Shown: positions 46,051-55,890 of the stretch, piece after piece
How positions within the stretch are numbered: position 1 is the first letter of the stretch
Layout: each line of letters opens with the position of its first letter
Assembly: GCA_964567975.1 (NCBI GenBank)
Contig: CAZMOW010000001.1
Span: forward strand, 26,607-90,606
Direction of reading: 5' to 3'
From: an uncultured Anaerolineales bacterium
Lineage (GTDB): Bacteria > Chloroflexota > Anaerolineae > UBA1429
DNA: 64,000 nucleotides
Notes under the pieces: model-generated
The model's database searches: none
Told to the model about the DNA's origin: nothing
What the model saw: only the letters and a program-made list of their open reading frames with translations
Program-made: the position numbers and the translations under genes

Positions 46051-48927
46051 CTACCGAGTTACACGAACGTTGAGCGATTCGCTCTCCGTCTCGTTGCCCG
46101 CTCTGTCATAGGCCGTGACACGGATCCTGCGAGTCCCCACATCCGATGCACTGAGCATCCAACGCATGGTATAGGGAGCGACGGTACTATGGCCGAGGGT
46201 TTCATCATCAAGATGGAAGGCCACGCGCTCCATGGAGGCGTTATCTTGGGCGTCAACCTGAATATTGATCCATTCGTCCTCGCCCAACACGAATGTCCGA
46301 TCGGGCACAGGAGAGATGATATTCACGGTGGGTGGTGTATTATCCACAAGCACGGGCACAGAAACTTTCCGCACATCGCCTCCCACGGCAACACAGAGCT
46401 CAAGCGTATACAGCCCTTCCAGCCCCTCGGTGTCCCAATGCTCCAATACGCCATTATCCACCCTGTGGCCGTGCTCCTCTCCGATCCTTACCCATGATTG
46501 GGGATCCATTCCCTCTCCATATTGCAACCAGTATCTCTCCAGTCCCCCTGGTCTGCTGTTCCCCACAATGGGAACGACACCCCCCACCGGCGCAAAGAGT
46601 CTGGGTTCTATAATGGCTACCTCCGAATTGGCCAGGCTGGGACCATGCATGTCACAGTGGCTCTCGGGTGGTTGCGGTATCTCCTGCTCCCGAACCCAGT
46701 CTTCTGCCTCTGGTGGATATATCTCAAATACCGCCGCCTCGACTTGATCCGGCGGACAGTGCGCCGTAGCCAGCTTGCCCGATTCATTGCAGATGCGGAA
46801 GGGGTGATGTACGTCATCCTTTTGTGTAGGTACTGTCCCCTCGATAAAGATCTCCTGTACACGTTGGGGGGAATATTCCGTTGGCAGCTTGCCCGAGACG
46901 CTATCTACGACGGCAGTCTCCAGGCCCGGGGGACGTTGAAAGCTTTCTACGGGTAGTCCTTCGTGTAGATAACGCATCAACTCATTCCAGATTGGGCCCG
47001 CCGTTCGCACCCCCGAAGCCCGTTCCATCTTTTCATAATTGGCGTTTCCCACCCAAACACCCACCACATATTGGGGCGTATAGCCCATCGTCCATCCATC
47101 GTGAAAGTCGTTTGTCGTCCCCGTCTTGGCCGCCACGGGGCGATCTTCCAGTTCCAGGACATTATTGGCACCAAAAGCCGGCACGCGCGCCTTGTTATCC
47201 GCAAGGATATCGGTGAGCAAAAAAGCCACCTCCGGGCGAAGCACCTCCTGCCGCCCCAATTCCTCTTGTTCGTACAGCGTCCTGCCACTGGGTCCCGTCA
47301 CCTTCAATACACTCACGGGATCCAGCCGCCTACCCTCCGCCTCGACACGCTCCGGCGCCACGGGAGTTCCATACATGGTCCCGCCGTTAGCAAACACGCT
47401 GAAGGCATACACCATATCAACGAGCCTTACCTCGGCCCCTCCAAGTGCCAGAGAGAGCCCATAATACGGCTTATCAAGCGTTGTAATCCCCATGGCGCGC
47501 GCCGTATCGACGACCGCATCCGTCCCCACTTTGTGAGCCATGGCCACTGCGGGCACATTGTACGAGCACGCCAGCGCCCGCCTCACCAAAACGGGACCAT
47601 GAAACATCCGAGAATAGTTCTCCGGCACATAGGGCGCGGGATTGGGGGGATCTGGGAAACTGGAACGCACATCCATGATCATCGTCGCCGGAGTGTATCC
47701 CTGTGCAAAAGCCGTGGCATACGTAAAGGGCTTGAAACTCGATCCGGGCTGGCGAGGCGAGACGGCCATATTCACCTGCCCATCTATCGACTCATCATGA
47801 TAATCGACACTACCAACCATGGCCCTGATCTCACTCGTCTCGGCATCCAGAATAACCGTCGCTGCATTATGCGCGTTGTGATCATCGCTCAGTTCGTTCA
47901 CACCCTCACGCACTATTTTCTCCGCCTCAGCCTGTATCTCCATATCGAGGGAGGTGATGACGTTCAACCCCCCTCCATAAACGGCCTCACTGCCATATTC
48001 TTCTACCAAAAGGTCGCGCACGTACAGGACAAAGTGAGGAGCATCGATGTCGAAACTCGGCGGTGCGATAACCAGGGATTTCTGCTTGGCAGCCCACGCC
48101 TCCTCAGCGCTGATATATCCCTGTACATACATCTGATCCAAAACGAGCTCTTGACGCCTTTTGGCCTCCTGAGGAGCATCGATGGGATTCAACGCGGGCT
48201 TGTTACCCACCGGCACCAACATCGCTGCCTCGCCCAAGTCAAGCTCCGCTGCACTCTTGCCAAAGTACGTCTGGGCAGCCGCCTCAATACCATAAGCATG
48301 ATGCCCATAAAAAATATTGTTGAGATACCATTCGAGGACCTTCTGTTTACCCTCTATCCCCGGATAGCGACGAGACAATTCGAAGGAGAGGACCATCTCC
48401 TTGACTTTTCGTATATAGCTGCGCTGCATTCGCTCCTCGGGGGCCATGATCACGTTCCGCACCAACTGCTGATGGATGGAACTTCCGCCTCCCGCATCCT
48501 CCCCTCGGACGATCCCCCAGGCCGCTCGCAACAGCCCTTCCACATTGACCCCCCCGGGATTAGTGTAAAAGGTCTTGTCCTCCGCTGCAACAGTCGCATT
48601 GCGCAAATGTTCAGAGACCTCAGAAAGAGGCATCCACGTACGTCGTCCACCTTCTGCGGAAATGATCTCATAAAGTAGATGTTCTCCCGTCCTGTCATAG
48701 ATGCGCGTCGTCTCAAACGTCTCCACGCTACGCCGCTCCACCTCCTCAGCCGAGGGGAGTTCCTGTGCATAGACGGCATACACGCTGAAAACCGTCCCTC
48801 CAACAGCCAGAAGAAAGGTGAACAGAGAAAGGATCACCACTGTCAATATGGCGATAGAAAAGCGGAGGGCTAAAAGCCCTCCGCTCATCTTCGAACGTTC
48901 ATGGCGCAGAACCCACCTATAACGCAT
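46051..48927 (-). CDS. bifunctional class-A penicillin-binding protein (PBP1A type) with C-terminal Ig-like extensions
   Basis: It has an N-terminal TM helix. The glycosyltransferase motifs are AAEDKTFYTNPG and SSIHQQL. The transpeptidase motifs are SSFKP and KTGTT. About 250 extra C-terminal residues follow. Confidence 0.92.
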   Translation of the reverse strand: MRYRWVLRHERSKMSGGLLALRFSIAILTVVILSLFTFLLAVGGTVFSVYAVYAQELPSAEEVERRSVETFETTRIYDRTGEHLLYEIISAEGGRRTWMPLSEVSEHLRNATVAAEDKTFYTNPGGVNVEGLLRAAWGIVRGEDAGGGSSIHQQLVRNVIMAPEERMQRSYIRKVKEMVLSFELSRRYPGIEGKQKVLEWYLNNIFYGHHAYGIEAAAQTYFGKSAAELDLGEAAMLVPVGNKPALNPIDAPQEAKRRQELVLDQMYVQGYISAEEAWAAKQKSLVIAPPSFDIDAPHFVLYVRDLLVEEYGSEAVYGGGLNVITSLDMEIQAEAEKIVREGVNELSDDHNAHNAATVILDAETSEIRAMVGSVDYHDESIDGQVNMAVSPRQPGSSFKPFTYATAFAQGYTPATMIMDVRSSFPDPPNPAPYVPENYSRMFHGPVLVRRALACSYNVPAVAMAHKVGTDAVVDTARAMGITTLDKPYYGLSLALGGAEVRLVDMVYAFSVFANGGTMYGTPVAPERVEAEGRRLDPVSVLKVTGPSGRTLYEQEELGRQEVLRPEVAFLLTDILADNKARVPAFGANNVLELEDRPVAAKTGTTNDFHDGWTMGYTPQYVVGVWVGNANYEKMERASGVRTAGPIWNELMRYLHEGLPVESFQRPPGLETAVVDSVSGKLPTEYSPQRVQEIFIEGTVPTQKDDVHHPFRICNESGKLATAHCPPDQVEAAVFEIYPPEAEDWVREQEIPQPPESHCDMHGPSLANSEVAIIEPRLFAPVGGVVPIVGNSRPGGLERYWLQYGEGMDPQSWVRIGEEHGHRVDNGVLEHWDTEGLEGLYTLELCVAVGGDVRKVSVPVLVDNTPPTVNIISPVPDRTFVLGEDEWINIQVDAQDNASMERVAFHLDDETLGHSTVAPYTMRWMLSASDVGTRRIRVTAYDRAGNETESESLNVRVTR

Positions 48928-48929
48928 GG

Positions 48930-51900
48930 TTAGCTCTCAGTATCCGGTTCCGATATGACTTCACCGGAATCACCACTTTGCGTCATAAAGGCCGTATCCG
49001 CAGCGCCGACTTCCACATCGGCCTCGGAAAATGCATCGCTACCAAATCCGCCCAGGAATCCGGCGTCCAAAGGCTCCAAAACGAGCTCTTCCTCGCCTTC
49101 CACTTCTTCAGCCATCTCTTCCTCTTCCGGCTCAAAGCCGGTACCCACGGGGATAAGCTTACCCACGAGCACATTTTCCTTCAAGCCCCGCAGCGGATCG
49201 ACCTTACCCTCAACGGCTGCATTGGCCAGTATCTTGATTGTGTGCTGGAAAGAGGCAGCAGAGAGGAAACTCTCTGTATTCAGGGCCGCTTTCGTGATGC
49301 CCAGGATGACGGGCTTGGCCGTAGCGGGCTCCCCGCCCTCCTCGATGATCTCATCATTCAGTTCCTCAAACTCTACCCGATCGACCAATTCGCCGGGAAG
49401 CAGCTCGCTATCACCACTCGAGCTCACTTCCACACGGCGCAACATCTGCCGCACAACCACCTCCACGTGCTTGTCGTGAATGGCCACACCCTGAGATCTG
49501 TACACCTTTTGCACCTCGCTGATCATATACTCACAAAGTGCCTCGATGCCCAGGATGGAAAGTATCTCATGCGGGTTCTTTGACCCCTCAGTTATCATCT
49601 CTCCCGCTTCGATCAAATCGCCATTCTGCACACGCAATCGCGCCCCTGCGCGGATATCATACGTGCGCTCTTCCTTTTCCTCATGGAGAATCAGGATATC
49701 GCCATCTTCCATACTCACTTGGCCGGAAGCTTCGGCAAATACGTCTTCCTGCCCCTTACGGCTGCCCAAAAGGTCGCCCTTCTCGACGATGTCACCATCC
49801 TCGACCTTGATAGAGTAGTTGCCAGGAACCTCGTGCTCAAAACGTCGCACATCGGTGGAGACGACTTTGACCACCCGCTTATCCCCCTCATTCTCGATGA
49901 AAACGCGACCATCTATCTCCGAGATGACCGCCTGTCCCTTGGGATCGCGGGCCTCAAAGAGCTCCTCGATACGGGGCAAGCCCTGAGTGATATCACTGGC
50001 TCCTGCCACGCCTCCCGTATGGAACGTACGCAGCGTAAGCTGGGTGCCGGGCTCACCAATGGATTGTGCAGCGACGACACCTACAGCCACTCCCTGCTCA
50101 ACGATGGAGCCACGCGCCAGATCACGCCCATAGCACTTGCGGCAAATCCCATGACGAAGTGAGCAAGCCAAAGGCGAACGCAGGTAGACGGAATCGATGG
50201 AAGACTGCTCCAGCATCTGGGCCATCTCCTCATCGATCTCCTCATCCACATCGACTAATGTTTCTTCCGTCTCGGGATCGATGACGGCTGCGGCGACAAA
50301 GCGCCCACTAATGCGCTCGGCAAAGGGCTCGCCGATCTCTTGGCTGCTCTCCTTTGTTATCCAGATGCCCTGACTGGTCCCACAATCATCGTCGGTGGTG
50401 ATGACCCCTTGAGCCACGTCCACAAGTCGACGCGTGAGATATCCTGCATCCGCCGTGCGCAACGCCGTATCGGCCAGTCCTTTCCGCGCACCACTCGTAG
50501 AGATGAAATACTCCAGCGAGTTCAACCCCTCGCGGAAATTGGAACGGATGGGAAGGTCGATGATGCGCCCTGACGGATCGGCCATAAGCCCACGCATCCC
50601 CGCCAACTGCCTGATGGGCTGCAACCCTCCCTTGCTGGCGCCAGAATCCACCATGATCCCCAGCGCACTGTGAGGGTCGAGGGCATGGGCCACGGCTTCC
50701 GTCACCCTTTCTGTGGCGTTGGACCACACCTCAACCGTTCGTGTATATCGTTCATCTTCCGTAATAAGACCGCGACGATACTGGCGCTCCACTTCAGAGA
50801 TGGTCTCCTCCGCCTCCGCGAGGACCTGAGCCTTTTCTTCCGGCACGTGGATATCGTCGATGGCCATGGTCACACCCGAGCGCATCGCATAGTCGAAACC
50901 GATATCCTTCAACTTGTCGGTTATTTTAGCCGTACGCTCCGGTCCGGTGACCTTGTACGCCCTCGCCGTCAACTCCCTCATGCCGCCCTTATCCATCGCC
51001 TCGTTGACAAAACGCAGCTCAGGAGGCAGATAGCTATTGAACAGCACGCGGCCGACAGTGGTATCTATAATCTCTGTCTCATCGCTATCTTCTGGCGTGT
51101 AGGCGAACTTTATCTTGGCATGCACATGCACAAAGCCCAGCTCGTAGGCCATCTGCACCTCTTCGAAGGAAGAAAAGATCTTGCCCTCTCCCTTCATGCC
51201 CTCGCGTTCCATGGTCAGATAGTAGGATCCCAAGACCATATCTTTGGTGGGTGCCACCAGAGGTTCCCCATTGGCCGGCTTTAGCTGGTTTTTTGTAGAA
51301 AGCATGATCTCACGGGACTCTTTGACGGCGGGCTCCGACAAAGGCACATGAACGGCCATCTGGTCACCATCAAAGTCCGCGTTGAAAGCGGCACACACCA
51401 ATGGATGCAACTGAATCGCGTTCCCCTCCACCAGAACCGGCTCAAAGGCCTGGATACCCAGCCGATGCAGCGTGGGTGCACGGTTCAGAAGGACGGGTCG
51501 GGTCTTGATGACCTCCTCCAATACCTCCCAAACCTCTGGCGTCTCGCGTTCTATCAGACGCTTTGCTCCCTTGACATTGATGGCATGTGCATATTCCACC
51601 AACTTTTGCATCACAAAGGGTCGGAAGAGCTCCAGTGCCATACGCCTCGGGAGCCCACACTCGTGCATCTCAAGGTCCGGCCCTACCACGATGACAGAAC
51701 GACCGGAATAATCCACACGCTTCCCCAGCAGATTCCTACGGAAACGCCCCTGCTTTCCCTTGAGCATGTCGGATAAGGACTTGAGCTGTCGGCGCCCGCG
51801 CAAGGATACCGCCTTGCCCCGTCGGCTGTTATCGATAAGGGAATCCACGGCTTCCTGCAGCATGCGCTTCTCGTTGCGCACGATGACTTCGGGAGCCTGA

Positions 51901-53255
51901 AGATCCAAAAGATGCTTGAGACGGTTATTACGGTTGACCACACGGCGATAGAGGTCGTTCAGATCGCTTGTCGCAAAACGTCCGCCATCAAGCTGCACCA
52001 TGGGGCGCAATGCGGGAGGTATCACGGGCAATACCTGCAAGATCATCCACTCCGGTCGGTTGCCCCCTTCGATAACTGCCCGCACGAACCTGAGGCGCTT
52101 GATCGCCTTCTTTGTTCTCTGCTTCGAGGTCTCTGTTCGGATCTGTTCCTTTAGCTGCTCCACGAGTTCTTCAAGATCCATATTAGAGATGATTTCCAAA
52201 ACCGCCTCCGCGCCCATGCCCGCCTCGAACACGCCGCCCCACTTGGTCTGAAGCTCCCGATACTCGGTCTCATTGAGACGCTGCTTGACCCGAATATCCA
52301 TCAACTCTTCTTCATCTCTTTCAAACTCCTCGCGGAGTTCGTCGCTTTTCTCAAATAGCTTTTCCTCTAGTTCTTCTTTATGATCTTCGAGTTTGCGAGC
52401 AGCCGCCTCGCGTTCATGTTCCAAAGGCTCAAGCAATCTTTCCTGTTCCAAAGAAAATTTCTCCTCGAGGCGCGTGAGTTCCTCCTGCACGATCTCGTTA
52501 AACTCGGAGATGTCCTCACGCCGAATCGTCTCCCCCTCCTCGATTACCGTCGTCTCTGTAGGATCGAAAACGATGTCCTCCGACGCAGCCTCGTCCCGAT
52601 GCTGATCCAGCATCTCACGCACACGGGTCGCCTCATCCATCACAGCCTCGGTAGCCTCATCCAGACGCTGCTGAATATCCTCCTTGATCTCCGCTTCTTT
52701 CTCGTCCGCAGCGTCGCGAATCTGCGCTAACTGAGCCTCCATTATACTGAGCTCGTCCTGCTGTTCCTCCTTGAGTCGAGCAATCTCCTCGTTCATCTCG
52801 TCCTCACGATGATGCAGCGCCCGCTCGCGCGCCTTCTCATCGATCGAGGTAATGATATATTTGGCAAAATAGAGAACGCGATCCAATTTCCTTCGCGAGA
52901 TATTCAGCAACAGCCCTAAATAGCTTGGAGAACGCCGCGTATACCAGATATGTGCCACAGGAGCAGCTAGCTCGATATGCCCCATACGCTCCCGACGAAC
53001 GCGTGAATGGGTGACCTCCACACCACATTTGTCACAGACAATGCCCCTGTAACGGACCTTTTTGTATTTGCCACAGGCACACTGCCAATCCTTGGTGGGA
53101 CCAAATATGGCTTCGCAGAACAAGCCGTCCTTCTCAGGACGAAGTCGCCGATAGTTAATAGTTTCCGGTTCAGTCACCTCCCCATACGACCAAGAACGAA
53201 TCTGCTCAGGCGACGCCAAACTGAGTCTCAATCTCTTAATCTCGTTGAGTTCCAA
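48930..53255 (-). CDS. rpoC: DNA-directed RNA polymerase subunit beta-prime
   Basis: It has the Zn finger [14 protein letters not shown], the catalytic [12 protein letters not shown], and trigger-loop and bridge-helix blocks. The TTG start follows an AGGAGGG SD. A charged insertion of about 185 aa spans aa 138-325, and the tail is acidic. Confidence 0.97.
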   Translation of the reverse strand: MELNEIKRLRLSLASPEQIRSWSYGEVTEPETINYRRLRPEKDGLFCEAIFGPTKDWQCACGKYKKVRYRGIVCDKCGVEVTHSRVRRERMGHIELAAPVAHIWYTRRSPSYLGLLLNISRRKLDRVLYFAKYIITSIDEKARERALHHREDEMNEEIARLKEEQQDELSIMEAQLAQIRDAADEKEAEIKEDIQQRLDEATEAVMDEATRVREMLDQHRDEAASEDIVFDPTETTVIEEGETIRREDISEFNEIVQEELTRLEEKFSLEQERLLEPLEHEREAAARKLEDHKEELEEKLFEKSDELREEFERDEEELMDIRVKQRLNETEYRELQTKWGGVFEAGMGAEAVLEIISNMDLEELVEQLKEQIRTETSKQRTKKAIKRLRFVRAVIEGGNRPEWMILQVLPVIPPALRPMVQLDGGRFATSDLNDLYRRVVNRNNRLKHLLDLQAPEVIVRNEKRMLQEAVDSLIDNSRRGKAVSLRGRRQLKSLSDMLKGKQGRFRRNLLGKRVDYSGRSVIVVGPDLEMHECGLPRRMALELFRPFVMQKLVEYAHAINVKGAKRLIERETPEVWEVLEEVIKTRPVLLNRAPTLHRLGIQAFEPVLVEGNAIQLHPLVCAAFNADFDGDQMAVHVPLSEPAVKESREIMLSTKNQLKPANGEPLVAPTKDMVLGSYYLTMEREGMKGEGKIFSSFEEVQMAYELGFVHVHAKIKFAYTPEDSDETEIIDTTVGRVLFNSYLPPELRFVNEAMDKGGMRELTARAYKVTGPERTAKITDKLKDIGFDYAMRSGVTMAIDDIHVPEEKAQVLAEAEETISEVERQYRRGLITEDERYTRTVEVWSNATERVTEAVAHALDPHSALGIMVDSGASKGGLQPIRQLAGMRGLMADPSGRIIDLPIRSNFREGLNSLEYFISTSGARKGLADTALRTADAGYLTRRLVDVAQGVITTDDDCGTSQGIWITKESSQEIGEPFAERISGRFVAAAVIDPETEETLVDVDEEIDEEMAQMLEQSSIDSVYLRSPLACSLRHGICRKCYGRDLARGSIVEQGVAVGVVAAQSIGEPGTQLTLRTFHTGGVAGASDITQGLPRIEELFEARDPKGQAVISEIDGRVFIENEGDKRVVKVVSTDVRRFEHEVPGNYSIKVEDGDIVEKGDLLGSRKGQEDVFAEASGQVSMEDGDILILHEEKEERTYDIRAGARLRVQNGDLIEAGEMITEGSKNPHEILSILGIEALCEYMISEVQKVYRSQGVAIHDKHVEVVVRQMLRRVEVSSSGDSELLPGELVDRVEFEELNDEIIEEGGEPATAKPVILGITKAALNTESFLSAASFQHTIKILANAAVEGKVDPLRGLKENVLVGKLIPVGTGFEPEEEEMAEEVEGEEELVLEPLDAGFLGGFGSDAFSEADVEVGAADTAFMTQSGDSGEVISEPDTES

Positions 53256-53318
53256 GTTGCCCTCCTATTCACCGAGGCGTAAAATGAGAGAGTCCAGTGT
53301 CTCAATCTGCAGAAGCGC

Positions 53319-53372
53319 AAAAAATCTCGGTTCACGTCCTCCAGCACAAAATGTGCAAGATCTTAAACCGAG
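53319..53372 (-). terminator. terminator-like hairpin plus U6 inside the rpoC leader (attenuator candidate)
   Basis: The minus-strand RNA is CUCGGUU-(UAAGAUCUU GCAC AUUUU GUGC UGGAGGACGUG)-AACCGAG-AUUUUUU. It lies about 65 nt upstream of the rpoC start. Confidence 0.4.
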
Positions 53373-53469
53373 ATAAACCCCCGATATGAAACACTCACAA
53401 TAGATATCTGAGGAATAACGTGCCCCTACACACAAAGCTGAGGCACCAGGTATCCAAAAGGCAAAGCAT

Positions 53470-53498
53470 AGTGTACACCCCATGCCACCTCCTGTCAA
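53470..53498 (-). promoter_or_regulatory. sigma70-type promoter of rpoC
   Basis: On the minus strand: -35 TTGACA (53498-53493), 17-nt spacer, -10 TACACT (53475-53470). This implies a leader of about 200 nt. Confidence 0.5.
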
Positions 53499-53599
53499 AT
53501 CGGAGGAAACGACTCCGCGCTTACCGTGTTCTACCATCTAGAATCTGACCATCCCCGCCCCCATTCCACAAATATCCCCTCTATCCACAAGAAGCAGAT

Positions 53600-53628
53600 T
53601 TGACAGCATCGTTCGCTACAAGTAAACT
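53600..53628 (+). promoter_or_regulatory. sigma70-type promoter of trxA
   Basis: TTGACA (53600-53605), 17-nt spacer, TAAACT (53623-53628). Confidence 0.55.
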
Positions 53629-53651
53629 ATATACCCGATGGGGGTATATAG
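53627..53651. repeat. perfect 10-bp inverted repeat (operator or 5' hairpin candidate)
   Basis: CTATATACCC-GATGG-GGGTATATAG overlaps the end of the trxA -10 box and the predicted transcription start. Confidence 0.6.
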
Positions 53652-53730
53652 GCGATGGTATTTTGACTTTTTCCCCTATCGTACTATCCTAGAGACTAAC
53701 AAGTGTGACGAATGAACATAGGAGGTACCA

Positions 53731-54069
53731 ATGAGCGTTAAAATTGAGAGCGTTACAGATGCTGGCTACAACGAAGCCGTCGACGTTGACAAACCCGTCG
53801 TCGTGGATTTCTGGGCCCCCTGGTGTGGTCCTTGCCGCATGGTGGCCCCCATCATGGAGCAACTGGCCGAGGAATACGACGGAACGATCGGCTTTTTAAA
53901 GCTGAATACCGACGAAAATCCCGACACGCCAAACGAACTCGGCATTCGTGGTATCCCCACAATCATCGTCTACGTAAACGGGGAAGAGGTCGATCGCATG
54001 GTGGGATTTGCACCAAAACCCGTATTGAAAGGCAAATTGGACGATATCCTGGCTGAAACGGTGGAATAG
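53731..54069 (+). CDS. trxA: thioredoxin
   Basis: It has the WAPWCGPCR active site, is 112 aa long, and is preceded by an AGGAGG SD. Confidence 0.95.
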   Translation: MSVKIESVTDAGYNEAVDVDKPVVVDFWAPWCGPCRMVAPIMEQLAEEYDGTIGFLKLNTDENPDTPNELGIRGIPTIIVYVNGEEVDRMVGFAPKPVLKGKLDDILAETVE

Positions 54070-54131
54070 TACTCCCCGTCGCCCGGAAAGGCTTCACTAA
54101 AGACACATACTAGCATCGAGAGGTCAAGTAC

Positions 54132-54326
54132 ATGCCCATTTACGAGTACCGCTGTAACGAATGCGGCCACGAATTTGAGAAATTGGTGCGCTTGATGTCG
54201 GGTACACCGGAGATCGAGTGCCCCAATTGTCATAGCAAAAACTGCAAAAAGGCCATCTCCCTCTTTGGCACGTCTCAGTCTGGGACGACGGGGAGCTCTG
54301 CCGCTGCCTGCGCCCCCTCGGGTTGA
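54132..54326 (+). CDS. FmdB-family zinc-ribbon protein
   Basis: MPIYEYRCNECGHEFE...CPNCHS is the canonical FmdB/CxxC-CxxC N-terminus. Confidence 0.85.
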   Translation: MPIYEYRCNECGHEFEKLVRLMSGTPEIECPNCHSKNCKKAISLFGTSQSGTTGSSAAACAPSG

Positions 54327-54392
54327 TCCCTCAGTCGCGGGAGCTAGGTAGCTCCCACAGGCACAATCGAACGATCTCAAGATCGCGCGCCC

Positions 54393-55646
54393 CTATTGTA
54401 GCGGCTCGAGCCCTAAAGCCGTCTCCAACTTTCGCACTGTGAAGCGATTGCGGATATAGTGAGCGACTTTCAAAGCTCCGGATACCTGACTGGGACTGAG
54501 GCCCAGGGCGCGGGGGTTAGCCTGACCGCCGGCTTCCTGCAAAAGATGGGACAGAGTACGCGCTGGCGGGACAGTGCCCGCGATGCTCTGGATCTCGGTC
54601 CAGTGCTCAACAATAGCCTCTTTGAGCGCTTCGAAACGCCGAGCCGACATGTTCAAAAAAGGCTTATGGCTTTCTATGATCGCCCTGGCAAGGGGACCAT
54701 AGGTCTCTTTTATTTCCGCCTTTTGTCGCGCTTTATCGGGCATTTTGCCCTCCCGCAAGCGCCTGACTGCCACCTCTCGACAGATACCGCGAATGCGTCC
54801 ATACTCCTGTGCCATGAGCACGGTCCCCACACCGACCTTGGCCCCATGCAGGATAGGTGGACGCCCCTGCTGAAGCAGTCGCATCTCCCAAAAGTGGGAT
54901 AGGTGATGTTCGGAACCAGAGGCCGGCCTGGAGCTTCCCACCCGTGCCATGGATAGACCGGAGCCCACCAGGCCCTCCATCAGGATCTTGATTGCCTCCG
55001 GCTTTCCCTTACCGATGGCGCTGGCGTGCGCCATGACGCGCTCCAGGCCTTCACGGGTAAATTGAGCCGCGCGAGCATCGTAGGGTGCATCCCACAGCAG
55101 ATGCGCAAGTCGCCAGTCCGCAAGGCAAGTGTTCTTGCCCAAAATATCCCCAAACCCCGCCGCTATCATATCCAACGGAGCGGCACAGAGCGTTTCCAGA
55201 TCGGCAAAGATGGCCATAGGAAGCTGACCGCAAACCGTCTGCTTGAACCCGCGCACCACGAGGGGCGAATTGATGGAGGCAAAGGCATCCACCGAGGGCG
55301 CTGTGGGCAAGGAGATAAAGCGCCGCCCCGTACGATGACTGACAAACCGCGTAATATCGGTAAGCGTGCCCGAACCCACAGCGACGTACACGCACTCTCG
55401 CGGCAGCACGGGCAGCAACACCTGCATGATCTGATCCTCGTCGGCCCTCACCTCCTGGCCGTCAAGTACGACGGTATCAATCCTCACCCCCCCTCCGTCC
55501 ACCGCCGCCTTGGCACGCGCCCCTAGAGCATCCCATGTATTGTCGTCGGCAACGAAGCAGAGCTGGTGCAGTTCGTGCCGCCGAACGAATGCCCGAAACG
55601 CCCTAAGGGCATCGAAGCCGATATGTACCGGCAATTCGAAATCCAT
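54393..55646 (-). CDS. sn-glycerol-1-phosphate dehydrogenase (AraM/EgsA type, iron-containing ADH fold)
   Basis: It is collinear with B. subtilis AraM as I recall it: VGSGTLTDITRF, PTAPSVDAFAS, AAGFGDILGK and RPASGSEHHLSHFWE...ILHGAKVG. Confidence 0.8.
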   Translation of the reverse strand: MDFELPVHIGFDALRAFRAFVRRHELHQLCFVADDNTWDALGARAKAAVDGGGVRIDTVVLDGQEVRADEDQIMQVLLPVLPRECVYVAVGSGTLTDITRFVSHRTGRRFISLPTAPSVDAFASINSPLVVRGFKQTVCGQLPMAIFADLETLCAAPLDMIAAGFGDILGKNTCLADWRLAHLLWDAPYDARAAQFTREGLERVMAHASAIGKGKPEAIKILMEGLVGSGLSMARVGSSRPASGSEHHLSHFWEMRLLQQGRPPILHGAKVGVGTVLMAQEYGRIRGICREVAVRRLREGKMPDKARQKAEIKETYGPLARAIIESHKPFLNMSARRFEALKEAIVEHWTEIQSIAGTVPPARTLSHLLQEAGGQANPRALGLSPSQVSGALKVAHYIRNRFTVRKLETALGLEPLQ

Positions 55647-55680
55647 AACCTTCCCTCACACAAGACACCCAAAACACTTT

Positions 55681-55709
55681 TTGACAACACGCCCTTTTTG
55701 CATTATCCT
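55681..55709 (+). promoter_or_regulatory. sigma70-type promoter with a leader of about 255 nt
   Basis: TTGACA (55681-55686), 17-nt spacer, TATCCT (55704-55709). The next start codon is at 55970. Confidence 0.55.
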
Positions 55710-55857
55710 TCAACAAATTGAGCGCATATGGTTACCGAGTGCGGACAGATGATACATTCTATCACGCTTTTCCACAATCTGATCGAAATCAGGAGGCCGG
55801 GCAGGCTCGAGGGGGCCTCGCCGGGGTGACGCCGTGTGCCACTTGTCGATGAAGACA

Positions 55858-55890
55858 GGCCAGTTCTCCCGAGGGAGGCTGGCCTTTTTT
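55858..55890 (+). terminator. intrinsic terminator inside the leader (attenuator)
   Basis: GGCCAG-UU-CUCC-CGAG-GGAG-G-CUGGCC followed by UUUUUU. It ends 80 nt upstream of the ATG at 55970. Confidence 0.65.

Noticed and set aside
53265-53537. A 90-aa minus-strand ORF between rpoC and trxA.
   Set aside because: It lies entirely inside the predicted rpoC promoter and leader. It has no SD and a Cys/Gly/Phe-rich nonsense composition. The structure in the region is better explained as a regulatory RNA.
54339-54356. The palindrome GGGAGCTA-GG-TAGCTCCC between the FmdB gene and the G1P dehydrogenase gene, as a bidirectional terminator.
   Set aside because: The usable stem is only 6 bp with a 6-nt loop, and there is no U-tract on either strand. 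That is too weak to call as a feature.
55822-55835. A T-box-like sequence, GGGGTGACGCCGTG, in the leader of the IPMS-family gene.
   Set aside because: Only about 9 of 13 positions match GGGUGGUACCGCG. I could find no stem I with a specifier loop, AGAGA/GNUGA or distal-loop motifs. The predicted antiterminator pairing with the terminator 5' arm is weak. I also compared it by eye with ykkC/ppGpp, ZTP, ydaO and TPP cores and found no convincing match.
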